A stretch of DNA of 64,000 bases from Vicingaceae bacterium. Its GTDB lineage: Bacteria; Bacteroidota; Bacteroidia; Flavobacteriales_E; Vicingaceae. The notes beneath the pieces were generated by a model, which saw only the letters and a program-made list of their open reading frames with translations, did not search any database and had not been told where the DNA came from. Position numbers and translations under genes: made by a program. This document shows, in pieces, positions 18,304-28,207 of the stretch (positions are counted from its first letter, which is position 1; the number at the start of each line of letters is the position of its first letter). The stretch spans positions 1,354,790-1,418,789 of the forward strand of contig OZ254088.1 of the NCBI GenBank assembly GCA_965267605.1. The letters are read 5' to 3'.

Positions 18304-19318
18304 GCCGCAAACAGCAGTTCTAAAGCTAACGATTTTACTTCTCGGATGTTTTGTCTTGGGTTGTTCCAAAGTAGAGCCATCCTTCGAAGAAATGCCCAAT
18401 ATCTGTACCAAACATTTGCGTGGGCTGCATGTTCACAGTGATAAGGTAATATGGGTGTCAGGTAAAGGTTCCTTTTGGGGCCTTTCCACAGACGGAGGAA
18501 ATTCCTGGAGGTCGGGAACTATAGTAGATGAGTATGACCTGGACTTCCGTGACATTCAGGCAATCAATGAACAATCTGCGATCGCCATGAGTTCAGGGTT
18601 TCCTGCAACTGTCTATAGAACAGATGATGCAGGAAACACATGGAAACAATGTTTCATCCGTAAAGATTCAGCGTACTTCCTTAACGGCATCGCTACAAAC
18701 GGAAAGGTGTTCTTCATTTATGGTGATCCTATTGATGGAAAGATGTTACTACTGAAATCGGAAGATGGTATCTCTTGGAATCCGGTTCCCCATGAAGCTC
18801 CAACAATGGAAATCAGTGAAATGGGATATGCAGCCAGCGGAACAGGGTGTTTCGTTGTAAGAGATACATTGCACATCATATTAGGTGGTAGCAAATCCAG
18901 ATTGCTTTCTGCTCCACTCAACACCATGAAATGGGAATCTCAACAATTACCAATGATGACAGGTCCGGGTAAAGGACCATTCTCTTTCAGTTATGCGTCC
19001 AGCGCAAGTGCCATAGCTGTGGGTGGAAGCTATATTGACTCCACCAATGCAGATTCAAATGCCGCAGTGCTTCATCCTGAGCATGCCTTAATATGGAGCA
19101 ATCCCCCCATTCCACCTTTAGGTTACAGATCCTGCGTTGTACACAATGAGGATGTAGCTATCTGCACAGGACGAACGGGAACAGACATCTCATTGGACGG
19201 TGGCATGATCTGGCAACCCCTAACCAGCATTGGCTATTTCTCGTGCGAGATTGGCTCTGATTACGCTTATCTTGTAGGAAGAGCTGGCAGATTTGGAAGG
19301 GTCAAAATCTATCATTAA
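18296..19318 (+). CDS. BNR-repeat lipoprotein (Ycf48 / sialidase-like beta-propeller)
   Basis: Lipoprotein signal (LLLGCFVLGCS). Repeated S/T-x-D-x-G-x-T/S-W motifs (STDGGNSW, TDDAGNTW, SEDGISW, SLDGGMIW). Confidence 0.6.
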   Translation: MFMPQTAVLKLTILLLGCFVLGCSKVEPSFEEMPNICTKHLRGLHVHSDKVIWVSGKGSFWGLSTDGGNSWRSGTIVDEYDLDFRDIQAINEQSAIAMSSGFPATVYRTDDAGNTWKQCFIRKDSAYFLNGIATNGKVFFIYGDPIDGKMLLLKSEDGISWNPVPHEAPTMEISEMGYAASGTGCFVVRDTLHIILGGSKSRLLSAPLNTMKWESQQLPMMTGPGKGPFSFSYASSASAIAVGGSYIDSTNADSNAAVLHPEHALIWSNPPIPPLGYRSCVVHNEDVAICTGRTGTDISLDGGMIWQPLTSIGYFSCEIGSDYAYLVGRAGRFGRVKIYH

Positions 19319-19320
19319 GG

Positions 19321-20691
19321 ATGTACAAGCTGCTAAGAGGATTACTGAGAATTGCTGTTTACTCCTATTTCAAGCGAGTTAGAGTAATTGGCAATACGAA
19401 TATTCCGAAAGGTGTTCCTATCATCTTTGCGTGCAATCACCCGAGCGCCTTCATGGATCCTATTCTTGTAGCCGCCCACCTTCCGCGAAAAGTACACTTC
19501 CTGGCGGGGGCAGATTTCTTCTTCAACAAGGCCGTGGGCTGGATATTCAAGCAGCTATGGATGATTCCTGTATACCGCCCGAATAAGATGCCGGGCCAAG
19601 GCCACAAGAATGCAGAGGTGTTTAAAGCTTGTTATGACCATCTCGGAAAGCGTGGCGCCATCATGATTTTTCCTGAAGGTGTTTCCATTACCGAACACAA
19701 GATCAAACCTGTAAAGACAGGTGCTTCAAGAATCATGTTTGGAGCGGAATCTATTCACAATTTCGAATTGGGTGCCATGATCATTCCCATAGGATTGCAT
19801 TATACCAATCCACACCAATTCCAAAGTGAAGTGGTTCTGAACATTGGAGATCCCATTACTGCTGCCGAATACCATGAAAAGTACCAAAAGGACGATCGAG
19901 AAACGGTTGTTGAACTAACGGATCGCCTGGAATTGGAACTCAAAGAGCTTACCCACCATGTTGATAAGGATGAGATAGGTATTCTTACAGATCAAATCAA
20001 AGCTATTTACGGGCACCAGCTACGAGAAGAGATCGTTAGCTCTTCAGACAAATCTGTGCAAGACTTCAGGCTCAGTAAAGAAATCAACGATGCGCTCACG
20101 TTCTTCTCGAGCAGAAATCCTTTTATGTTGCTCCAGATGCGAGAATCAGTGAACAATTATGTTGATCTGGCAAACGAACTGGGATTCAGTGATTGGAAGG
20201 TAAGGGTAACCGAGCGTAGGTTTAGATTGATCCCCGCAATAATATACACCACATTAACCGCTCCCATCATTCTTCTCGGATACATAGGGAATTTCGTTCC
20301 CTATGAGCTGACAGGGTTCATTGGAAGACGTATGAAATCGGATTCTGTGTTCAAGGGTTCGTTTATGCTTACCGTAGGTTTCTTCTTGTTCTGCATATGG
20401 TATGCCTGCATATTCCTGATCATTCATAATGTTGTCGGAGGCTGGATGTGGCCCGGAATAGCCTTAGCTACAGCTATGAGTACAGGTTACCTAACCCCTT
20501 TCTTTGTACGCCATTTCAGACGGTTAAAACTCAATCTTAGATTTACGCGTTTGATGCTGAGGCGTGATGAAAAGGTGCTTCAACTCATTGCTGAACGAAA
20601 TTCACTCCACGAAATGTTGGAAGGACTAAAGGATGAATACTTGGGATCTCCTCACATGCAAGAGCGACTGGCTGAACTGCAGGATTCTTAG
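19321..20691 (+). CDS. Glycerol-3-phosphate/1-acylglycerol-3-phosphate acyltransferase family protein (PlsC-like LPLAT) with a C-terminal membrane domain
   Basis: HX4D motif in FACNHPSAFMDPILV; FPEGVS block; hydrophobic C-terminus. Confidence 0.75.
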   Translation: MYKLLRGLLRIAVYSYFKRVRVIGNTNIPKGVPIIFACNHPSAFMDPILVAAHLPRKVHFLAGADFFFNKAVGWIFKQLWMIPVYRPNKMPGQGHKNAEVFKACYDHLGKRGAIMIFPEGVSITEHKIKPVKTGASRIMFGAESIHNFELGAMIIPIGLHYTNPHQFQSEVVLNIGDPITAAEYHEKYQKDDRETVVELTDRLELELKELTHHVDKDEIGILTDQIKAIYGHQLREEIVSSSDKSVQDFRLSKEINDALTFFSSRNPFMLLQMRESVNNYVDLANELGFSDWKVRVTERRFRLIPAIIYTTLTAPIILLGYIGNFVPYELTGFIGRRMKSDSVFKGSFMLTVGFFLFCIWYACIFLIIHNVVGGWMWPGIALATAMSTGYLTPFFVRHFRRLKLNLRFTRLMLRRDEKVLQLIAERNSLHEMLEGLKDEYLGSPHMQERLAELQDS

Positions 20692-20726
20692 TCGCATTTT
20701 GGCAGGATACAATTGACAGTCGTATA

Positions 20727-22253
20727 TTGGTTCACCACAGTGCTACGCCTTCCTTCATGGGAACCTACCTCAAGAACATTCTCAAGAATTCCAGTACCCG
20801 TATACTGGTCATTATCTTCTTTAGTCTTGTAGCGTTAACAGGTTTCTTTTTGGTCTATGGATACTTCTCACAATTGAAATTGTACGAGGAAGCCGAGCTT
20901 AACAGACTTAGCGGTGTTGCGAAATCGCTTGCAGTTCAGATTAACGGAGACACACATGCCAGACTTTATAAAGAGTTCCAGCAAAAAGACGGTATAACCA
21001 AAGCTGGAGACTCACCTCAGTATGATCAAATTCACAAGCTTCTCGCTAAAGCAGAAGAAGACAATGCACTTGGCACCGCTATTTACACACTTGTTTACGA
21101 TGAGGAGAATGAGTATTTCAATTTTGTAGTCACATCCCGTGTTACTCCTTACTACAGGCATAGTTGGTTGGAATTCAAGCCTGAACACGTAAAGAAGTAC
21201 GAAACTGGAGGCCTGATACTTCCCTATGAAGATGAGAACGGAACGTGGTTATCAGCTTTTGAGCCGATCTTGGACTCTGACGGCAGGGTTGTTGCGATAG
21301 TTCAGGCTGACGAAAAATTTGGCAAGTTCATTAGTGAAGCCAGGTACGCGATCGCGAAGAATTCGATTATCAGTTTGGTCGTATTTCTGCTTATCGCAGT
21401 ATTGCTTCTCCGTTCCATTCGTACCATCCTGCTCAAAGAGGAGGAATTGAACAATGAGATCCTTCACCAAAAACTTCTGATCGAAGCGAAGAACAAAGAC
21501 ATCATGGATAGCATCCATTATGCGAAGAAGATCCAGGATGCCATTCTTCCTTCTATCAGTAAGATACAGTCGGTGTTCCCGGATTCCTTCGTACTGTTCA
21601 TACCACGAGATATCGTTAGTGGAGATTTCTACTGGTTTGCAGAAAAAGACAATCACGCTATCCTGGCTGCTGTAGACTGTACCGGACATGGCGTTCCCGG
21701 GGCCTTTATGAGCATGATCGGTAACACCATTCTAAATGATATTGTGATCCATCAAGACATCAACAAACCATCTGAGATCCTTGATCAGCTTGACTCCCGA
21801 ATCAACAAGGTTCTGGAACAGGAAGGTTCGGACTCAAAGAATAGAGACGGAATGGACCTGGCGCTTTGTTGCTTCCACAAAGACAAGAGTAAGATTGAAT
21901 ACTCTGGAGCCTTCAGACCGTTGATTCACGTTAGAGATAATGAGCTGATCGAGGTTAAGGCCGACAAGTTTCCAATCGGAGGTGGTGACGACTATGGTTC
22001 TGAAGTATTCAGTAATCAGGAAATCAACACACAGCCAGGCGATGTGTTCTACATGTTCTCAGATGGGTATCCTGATCAGTTTGGCGGGGAAAAGGGAAAG
22101 AAGTTCATGAATAAGCGATTTAAGAACCAGATCATTGATAACCATACTTTGCCAATGCAAGATCAGGCCAAAATGTTCATGGATCTGTTTGATGCGTGGA
22201 AGGGAGAGCACGAGCAGGTAGACGATGTTTGCGTTATAGGTGTTCGTGTCTAA
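20727..22253 (+). CDS. Membrane sensor protein with a C-terminal SpoIIE/PP2C-type Ser/Thr phosphatase domain (RsbU-like)
   Basis: N-terminal transmembrane segment plus a periplasmic sensor-like region, a second transmembrane segment, a coiled coil, then the PP2C block DIVSGDFYWF...VDCTGHGVPGAFMSM...FSDGYPDQFGG...VDDVCVIGVRV. Confidence 0.8.
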   Translation: MVHHSATPSFMGTYLKNILKNSSTRILVIIFFSLVALTGFFLVYGYFSQLKLYEEAELNRLSGVAKSLAVQINGDTHARLYKEFQQKDGITKAGDSPQYDQIHKLLAKAEEDNALGTAIYTLVYDEENEYFNFVVTSRVTPYYRHSWLEFKPEHVKKYETGGLILPYEDENGTWLSAFEPILDSDGRVVAIVQADEKFGKFISEARYAIAKNSIISLVVFLLIAVLLLRSIRTILLKEEELNNEILHQKLLIEAKNKDIMDSIHYAKKIQDAILPSISKIQSVFPDSFVLFIPRDIVSGDFYWFAEKDNHAILAAVDCTGHGVPGAFMSMIGNTILNDIVIHQDINKPSEILDQLDSRINKVLEQEGSDSKNRDGMDLALCCFHKDKSKIEYSGAFRPLIHVRDNELIEVKADKFPIGGGDDYGSEVFSNQEINTQPGDVFYMFSDGYPDQFGGEKGKKFMNKRFKNQIIDNHTLPMQDQAKMFMDLFDAWKGEHEQVDDVCVIGVRV

Positions 22254-22309
22254 AGCCAATTATTCAAATTTTTACGTTTAATTCACGTTAGTTGGATTCA
22301 AATCGCACC

Positions 22310-23062
22310 GTGAAGGGGTTATCTGTTGTTATCATCACGAAGAATGAAGAGCGTAACATCGGTCGCGCAATAGATTCCGTGCGAGAGATCGCAGATGAAA
22401 TCATTGTCGTTGACTCATTCTCTGATGACGGAACGGAAGCCATTTGTCTTGAGCGAGGTGTTCGTTTTGAAAAGCGGGAATGGGAAGGCTATTCGGCCAC
22501 CAAGAACTATGCAAACTCCCTGGCTCATTATGACTTCATCTTCTCGCTTGATGCAGATGAAGCGGTTTCGCAAGAACTGCTTGCCAGCATCAACAAAGCC
22601 AAAGAAGAAGGCTTAAAGGGGACTTATTCGATGAATCGGTTAACGAACTACTGTGGTTCATGGATCAAACATTCTGGATGGTACCCGGATGAAAAACTCA
22701 GAATCTTTCCTAAGGAGGGAACCACCTGGGAAGGTGCCTATGTACATGAAGAGCTCACTTTCAAAAGTCTGTTAACCAACACCCATCTCCGCGGAGATTT
22801 AGAGCATTATTCATACTACTCACAAGTTGAGCATCGAGAACGTGCTGATAAATATTCATTATTAACTGCGGAAAAGATGCACGCAGCTGGAAAGACAGCG
22901 GGCCCGTTGAAACCCTTTCTCAGTGCGCTTGCCCGGTTCATATCTATGTACTTCTTTAAGCTTGGTTTCCTTGATGGCGCTGCTGGATGGCGCATTGCTG
23001 TAATTTCCGCGCAGTCCAATATTCTGAAGTACAAAGAACTGAGAAGGTTGGCTGCACGATGA
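22310..23062 (+). CDS. Family 2 glycosyltransferase (LPS core / KdtX-WaaE-like)
   Basis: LSVVIITKNEERNIGRAIDSV...IIVVDSFSDDGT GT-A fold N-terminus. GTG start at 22310 chosen. Confidence 0.7.
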   Translation: MKGLSVVIITKNEERNIGRAIDSVREIADEIIVVDSFSDDGTEAICLERGVRFEKREWEGYSATKNYANSLAHYDFIFSLDADEAVSQELLASINKAKEEGLKGTYSMNRLTNYCGSWIKHSGWYPDEKLRIFPKEGTTWEGAYVHEELTFKSLLTNTHLRGDLEHYSYYSQVEHRERADKYSLLTAEKMHAAGKTAGPLKPFLSALARFISMYFFKLGFLDGAAGWRIAVISAQSNILKYKELRRLAAR

Positions 23063-23736
23063 AATACGTGGTTGGAGACATACACGGCTGCCTCAATACA
23101 CTCAAAGCACTCATCACACAACTCAACCTTTCTGATGGAGACACAATTGTATTCGTTGGTGACTACATTAACAAAGGGCCCAACTCAACTGGTGTAATCG
23201 ATTTTATACTGAAACTAGGGCTGGAAGGATATGATGTGGTGACGCTAAAGGGTAATCATGAGGATGATCTTCTTCAATGCTCCTCTCGCCTATCTACCCT
23301 GGAGTTTCATACATACGTGGAAGAGAAGCAAGGTAATGCTGATATGCTTGAAGACGGCAAGATAAAAGAACCCTACTTAGGATTTATGCAAAGGCTTGCG
23401 TACTACTGGATGGATGAGCATTTCGTTGTGGCACATGCAGGATTAAACTTACAATCCGAAAATCCTCTAAACGACAAGGATGCTTTGCTCAGGATCAGGA
23501 AGTTTGGCCACGGTCAGCAGGGCTATGATGGAAAACGTATCGTTCATGGTCACGATCCAACTGATCTACAAGCGATCAAAACAGCAGCAACAGATAAAGC
23601 CTGGATCATTCCGTTGGACGCTGGCTGCGTTTACAACAAGGTAGTTCCTGGATACGAGCAGTTTGAATTCGGTCATCTATGCGCCCTGGAACTGGAAACA
23701 ATGAAACTGTTTGTGCAACCCAATATTGAGAATTAG
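23059..23736 (+). CDS. Metallophosphoesterase (PPP-family Ser/Thr phosphatase / ApaH-PrpE-like)
   Basis: GDIHGC...FVGDYINKGPNS...LKGNHE...HAG motifs. ATG overlaps the upstream stop (ATGA). Confidence 0.8.
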   Translation: MKYVVGDIHGCLNTLKALITQLNLSDGDTIVFVGDYINKGPNSTGVIDFILKLGLEGYDVVTLKGNHEDDLLQCSSRLSTLEFHTYVEEKQGNADMLEDGKIKEPYLGFMQRLAYYWMDEHFVVAHAGLNLQSENPLNDKDALLRIRKFGHGQQGYDGKRIVHGHDPTDLQAIKTAATDKAWIIPLDAGCVYNKVVPGYEQFEFGHLCALELETMKLFVQPNIEN

Positions 23737-23981
23737 CACGTTGCAATAACGGCATCAATTTTTCTCTGGAATTCTTTAATCAGCTGCAACCTGTCACCGA
23801 TCTCGATGATGTATTGCTTACGGTCCAGAAACTTGTACAGGTTCTTTTCCTCTACAACCTGCTTGCGTATGCCGGAGTTTCGGTCAAAGATGAGATATAC
23901 AGGACCAGACGTATTCTTGAGTCTATCCCTTTGGTATCGAAGATTGAAAAGTTCTAATCTGGAAAGTTGTTGCGTACTCAT
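23733..23981 (-). CDS. Hypothetical small protein (82 aa) downstream of the HIRAN gene
   Basis: ORF immediately after 23984..24358 (3-bp spacing) on the same strand; no motif recognised. Confidence 0.4.
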   Translation of the reverse strand: MSTQQLSRLELFNLRYQRDRLKNTSGPVYLIFDRNSGIRKQVVEEKNLYKFLDRKQYIIEIGDRLQLIKEFQRKIDAVIATC

Positions 23982-23983
23982 AT

Positions 23984-24358
23984 CTATTGATTTTGCTTGT
24001 TAATGACTATCTGAAGTTTTGAAGGCGGCTGGAATCTCCCGCGTTGCACAGGACCCAATTGAATGGACACATCGTTGTTGCCAAGAATCCCGGCAACTTC
24101 TCTGTTATCCACAGCGGAAATGAATCCAATCTTGAAGTGTTTGTAATACACCGCAAGCGCGTGAGGATCAAAAAGATTATCCATCTCACGTACCACCTGC
24201 AAAGCCGAGCCTTCGCGCAAGTGATGATACATGTAAGGCACCTGGCAATACTGTATGCCACGGATAGGACCACTATAAAGTGTTTGCGCATATGATTCCC
24301 TGCGCGCTGAAACCTTCAATCCGAAAGGTGTAACAGTAATTAGAGATAAGGCATTCAT
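23984..24358 (-). CDS. Standalone HIRAN-domain protein
   Basis: GPIRGIQY...LREGSALQVVREMDNLFDPHALAVYYK...IGFISAVDNREVAGIL fits the HIRAN consensus (L.L.RE..N..D.nAi.V......iGy....a..la..l). Confidence 0.5.
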   Translation of the reverse strand: MNALSLITVTPFGLKVSARRESYAQTLYSGPIRGIQYCQVPYMYHHLREGSALQVVREMDNLFDPHALAVYYKHFKIGFISAVDNREVAGILGNNDVSIQLGPVQRGRFQPPSKLQIVINKQNQ

Positions 24359-24426
24359 CAGTTGTTCGTTGTTGTTTCGAACAAAGGAATACCCCCAGAC
24401 CGTAACCTATTTACGGTGCAAAAAAA

Positions 24427-27222
24427 TTAATGGAATCGTCTAAAGTTCTTTCTTCTTGAATTCCCCTGCTTCTTACCAGGAAAGCTCTTCAGACTATAAG
24501 CCGCAGTTAGAATAAAATGTCTCCCCAAAGTATTTGAAGTAGACTCCTGAATGAAATTGAGGTTGGTCGTTCTCGAAAAACCGATGTTCTGATTAAGTAT
24601 ATCAATACAACTGAACTTAACCAGAATCCTTTCACTTTTTAAGAATGTTCGAGATAAAGATGATTCGAGAATGGGGAATCCTGCTTCACCATCAAATGCC
24701 TCTCCCGCATACTCGACATAATCCGCACTAAACCCGAATGTCCACCGCTTCAGGAAATAGATAGTCAGATCACCGTAATAGTTGGTGTTGAAATAAGTCT
24801 GATCTGCGGAGTTTTCAGCAGCAAAATCTGTTAGATTGTAAGTATATGATACTCCAACCTTCACATCAAAGTGTTCCTTCTTTCTGTTCTGAACAGAGAA
24901 CCCGCTGGTGCTGCTCCAGGTAGTTGTAGTATTGCTAATACCATTCTGAAAGAGGATTCCATTAGAATACATTCCGCTTTGGGTTATATCAAATTTAATC
25001 TTCAGCGGTCGTATAGGCGCACCAAATCCACCCCATACATTCACTCGTAAATCGTAATCAACGTTTACGGGAGTGGTATACTGGATCAGGTTCGAATCTA
25101 ATGTCACCTTATTTTGCACTTTGTCTTCGGTATAGGTGGCCGATAATCCCGCATACGTGTTTGTAAAGGCAAACTGATTAAACGAATGCCAACTCAGCCT
25201 TGCGGTATGCGCATACTCGGCCTGTAAATCCGGATTCCCAATGTATATCCTCAGTGGGTTCGAATTGTCTACTACTGGTGAAAGCTGTTCTATACTCGGT
25301 TGATTGACCCGCGTTCTGTATGTAAGCCTAAAGCTCTTACCTCTGCCTGGTCTCCATCTCAGTCTGAAAGACGGAAGCACATTACCGAATTCCTTTTTCA
25401 CCTCCTGATCAATAAGTGGAAGTTGTCCGCTCAACGTACTATACTGATAGTTAACTCCGAAGGTTGTAGACAACTTCTTACTGGGATTGAGCTTCAGGCT
25501 TGCACCCACACGATCGTAAGTAAAATTGTTGTTGTACTTCGTGCTCAGTGACGTATTAAGAGTGCCGACTCCACTTTCCTGGTCCACATCATAGTAGGAC
25601 TTATCAAGGTCTGTAAGTGTAGTTTGCCTTCGGTAACGCAGTTCAAGGTATTTCTTCTTGCCGATGGGTTCGGTATACCGGAAATCTCCTCCAAATGAGA
25701 TTCTGTTCTTCAGGTAATCCTGATCCTGATTGATGGTATCGTACAACGCTGTGGTAGACAAAGAATCAATCAAATACAGCACATTGTTGGTGTTTACGTA
25801 TCCATCTTGCGTATTGTCACCGTATGTACCATTTACTTCAGCCACCAAGGTTCTCCCTACTTTTCGCAACCTCTTTCTCCACTGCAACCTACCGGTGCCG
25901 TTCAATTCATTTCCTGACGATGAGCTTTCATTAGCACTCCCATTCTGGGTATCACCCAGCGTATTGAAGGTTATCTGTGAGGTATTGCCCGTTAACTTGG
26001 CAACACTGTAACTGGCATTACCTCTAAAGGTTAGGTCTTGCGATGAATCAATCTTGGTTTTCAATTTCCAACTCACCTTGTTGCTATTGACGGTTGATCC
26101 GTTGCTCGCAAGATCAATGGCATCATAATTTCCCTCTGGATTGAAGTACTCCCGCTCGGTAAGATTCTCCAGGTTGTTGTCCATTGTGTTGTAGAAGTAA
26201 CTCAGATAGAGGTGTGTCTTCTTGCTGAGATCCGTGTTCAGATTAAAACCTCCAGCCCATGTGGTGGTTAACCCATTCTTAGGGTTCCAGTTCATAGGCA
26301 TTGCACCTGTGTTGAAACTCATACCTCCAGACATCATGGCTTGCCACCCTCCCATCATGTTAACGTAGTCTTCAAACCCAAATCCTTGCTCATTGAGGTT
26401 GTTCCCCATTCCAATCAAGGAAAGCTGCTTCTTCTTGGAAAACTGATTGATACTTCCTTTGAGGGTATACCTTCCATTAGGAGATGCTTCGCTGTAGCCT
26501 CCTCCACCGGTAATATCTCCGAAGTATCCATTCTTCCTGTCTGGCTTGAGTTTCAAATTGATGGTCTTCTGCTCATCTCCATCGCTAATACCTGTAAACT
26601 CTGCCAGGTCTGACTCCTTGTCAAAAACCTGAATCTTATCAATAGCATCCGCGGGCAGGTTTTTGGTAGCCATCTTTGGATCGTCACCAAAGAACTCCTT
26701 TCCATCTACCAGCACCTTCTGCACATCCTCCCCATGCGCTTTGATGTTGCCCTCCTTATCCACTTCCACGCCTGGTAATTTCTTCAACAGCTCTTCCACA
26801 TCAGCATTAGGCTCTGTCTTGAAGGCCTTCGCATTGTATTGGACTGTATCTCCCTTAATCTGAATTGGGATGTGATCTTCAACTACTTCATGCCCTTCAA
26901 GCTTAACAGACGTTTTTTCAAGTACAAGCCCACCCAACTTTAAATCACCGGTAACCTGAATATCCTTGCTCATAGGAGCATACCCGATGTATGTGCTTTG
27001 AAAAACATAGGATCCAGGCTTGATCCCCTTCATCACAAATGATCCATCCTCCTTTGTAATAGCGAACTGAACCATAGAAGAGTCCTTCTTCTTCAACAGT
27101 ACAACGGACGCGTAACCCAGCAATTGATCTTCCTTATCCTTCATTACCCCACTTACTGTGAAGTTCTGACCAAAAGACAGAGAAGCCAATGCCACTAACA
27201 GTATGGAAGCAAGTATTCTCAC
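24427..27222 (-). CDS. Outer-membrane beta-barrel protein of the TonB-dependent-receptor-like family (CarbopepD_reg N-domain plus plug-like region plus OMP_b-brl_3-type barrel)
   Basis: Signal peptide; N-terminal CarbopepD_reg (FTVSGVMKDKE...GSYVFQSTYIGYAPMSKDIQV); plug-like DTVQYNAKAF...LPGVEVD; long region of alternating-hydrophobic beta-strands. Confidence 0.75.
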   Translation of the reverse strand: MRILASILLVALASLSFGQNFTVSGVMKDKEDQLLGYASVVLLKKKDSSMVQFAITKEDGSFVMKGIKPGSYVFQSTYIGYAPMSKDIQVTGDLKLGGLVLEKTSVKLEGHEVVEDHIPIQIKGDTVQYNAKAFKTEPNADVEELLKKLPGVEVDKEGNIKAHGEDVQKVLVDGKEFFGDDPKMATKNLPADAIDKIQVFDKESDLAEFTGISDGDEQKTINLKLKPDRKNGYFGDITGGGGYSEASPNGRYTLKGSINQFSKKKQLSLIGMGNNLNEQGFGFEDYVNMMGGWQAMMSGGMSFNTGAMPMNWNPKNGLTTTWAGGFNLNTDLSKKTHLYLSYFYNTMDNNLENLTEREYFNPEGNYDAIDLASNGSTVNSNKVSWKLKTKIDSSQDLTFRGNASYSVAKLTGNTSQITFNTLGDTQNGSANESSSSGNELNGTGRLQWRKRLRKVGRTLVAEVNGTYGDNTQDGYVNTNNVLYLIDSLSTTALYDTINQDQDYLKNRISFGGDFRYTEPIGKKKYLELRYRRQTTLTDLDKSYYDVDQESGVGTLNTSLSTKYNNNFTYDRVGASLKLNPSKKLSTTFGVNYQYSTLSGQLPLIDQEVKKEFGNVLPSFRLRWRPGRGKSFRLTYRTRVNQPSIEQLSPVVDNSNPLRIYIGNPDLQAEYAHTARLSWHSFNQFAFTNTYAGLSATYTEDKVQNKVTLDSNLIQYTTPVNVDYDLRVNVWGGFGAPIRPLKIKFDITQSGMYSNGILFQNGISNTTTTWSSTSGFSVQNRKKEHFDVKVGVSYTYNLTDFAAENSADQTYFNTNYYGDLTIYFLKRWTFGFSADYVEYAGEAFDGEAGFPILESSLSRTFLKSERILVKFSCIDILNQNIGFSRTTNLNFIQESTSNTLGRHFILTAAYSLKSFPGKKQGNSRRKNFRRFH

Positions 27223-27992
27223 TCGTGCTTGTACATCATTTTCATACCCCCACTCTGCTTCCCATAAACCTCTTGCATCTCCTTTCTTTTCTCCTCAACG
27301 ATCTTATCGTATTTCTTCTGTGACACTTTCTTACCTTCTTTAGGCATAGTTATCTCCCCTTCCTTAATTTCTCTGATCTCAATCTCCTGTGCCACAAGCG
27401 ACATCTTTGGCCTTTTCACTTTAAGAATAGCCCCAGGAAGACCATGATACTGAGCGGGACCAACGCCAACCGGAATTTGTGGTGCAAACCAGGCCTCTAT
27501 TAAAGTTGAGTCGTTCTTCTGCCATGTTGCTTTCTGACATGGATACTTATTGATCATTTCTTGCTCCCCGGTAATCTTCCATTCCATTTTTGGTTGATCA
27601 TCGTTAATAAGAAACTTCTTACCCATGAACTCCTTTTGTTGAACACTCTTCCCTGCTCCCAGATCTGAATAGGTGCGCTGATCAGGTCGGTGCATGGTAA
27701 ACTTCATTCTCATTTCACCGTCATCGGTCTTGATCACTTCTTCAACCTCCCCATCTTTCTCCTTATCGTAGTTCCTGAAAAGCGCTTCCTTCTCATTGAA
27801 CAACAACACCTTTTTTTGTTTGGACATCCGCTCCATACGTCTGCGGATCTTTTTCATTTGCTCTTCAGGTATACCTTCTATATCAGGCATTTCAAAATCT
27901 ACCTGTACCCCATAAGTAATCTTTCCAGACTTCCCTTGAGAGAAGCCAATAAAAGGCAAAGCGATAATTAGCAGCAATAGTAATCTCTTCAT
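27219..27992 (-). CDS. GLPGLI family protein
   Basis: Signal peptide and the family-defining QYHGLPGAILKV motif. The gene overlaps the downstream barrel gene by 4 bp, the usual pairing. Confidence 0.75.
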   Translation of the reverse strand: MKRLLLLLIIALPFIGFSQGKSGKITYGVQVDFEMPDIEGIPEEQMKKIRRRMERMSKQKKVLLFNEKEALFRNYDKEKDGEVEEVIKTDDGEMRMKFTMHRPDQRTYSDLGAGKSVQQKEFMGKKFLINDDQPKMEWKITGEQEMINKYPCQKATWQKNDSTLIEAWFAPQIPVGVGPAQYHGLPGAILKVKRPKMSLVAQEIEIREIKEGEITMPKEGKKVSQKKYDKIVEEKRKEMQEVYGKQSGGMKMMYKHE

Positions 27993-28207
27993 ATCAGATT
28001 GAATTGATGAAGCGAATGTATGGCTAGTTCGGTGGTGCTCAAACCCAAAATGTCTTAATTAATGTTAAGCTACTTATGAGCGGTTATTGTCACTTATGAC
28101 TGGTAAACCACAAAAAGGTTTAATTGGTACAGCCTCAGGCAAAATTATTACTGAAGAATGTACCAAAGCGCAGGTTTTTGCGTCTGTGTAATAATTAAAT
28201 TCGGGCC

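Noticed and set aside
22987-23058. Upstream extension of the phosphoesterase ORF (MAHCCNFRAV...) overlapping the GT2 gene
   Set aside because: The conserved domain starts at MKYVVGDIHG with an ATGA overlap. The extension is in another gene's coding region.
24044-24295. 83-aa + strand ORF inside the HIRAN gene
   Set aside because: It is antisense to a gene with a recognisable domain.
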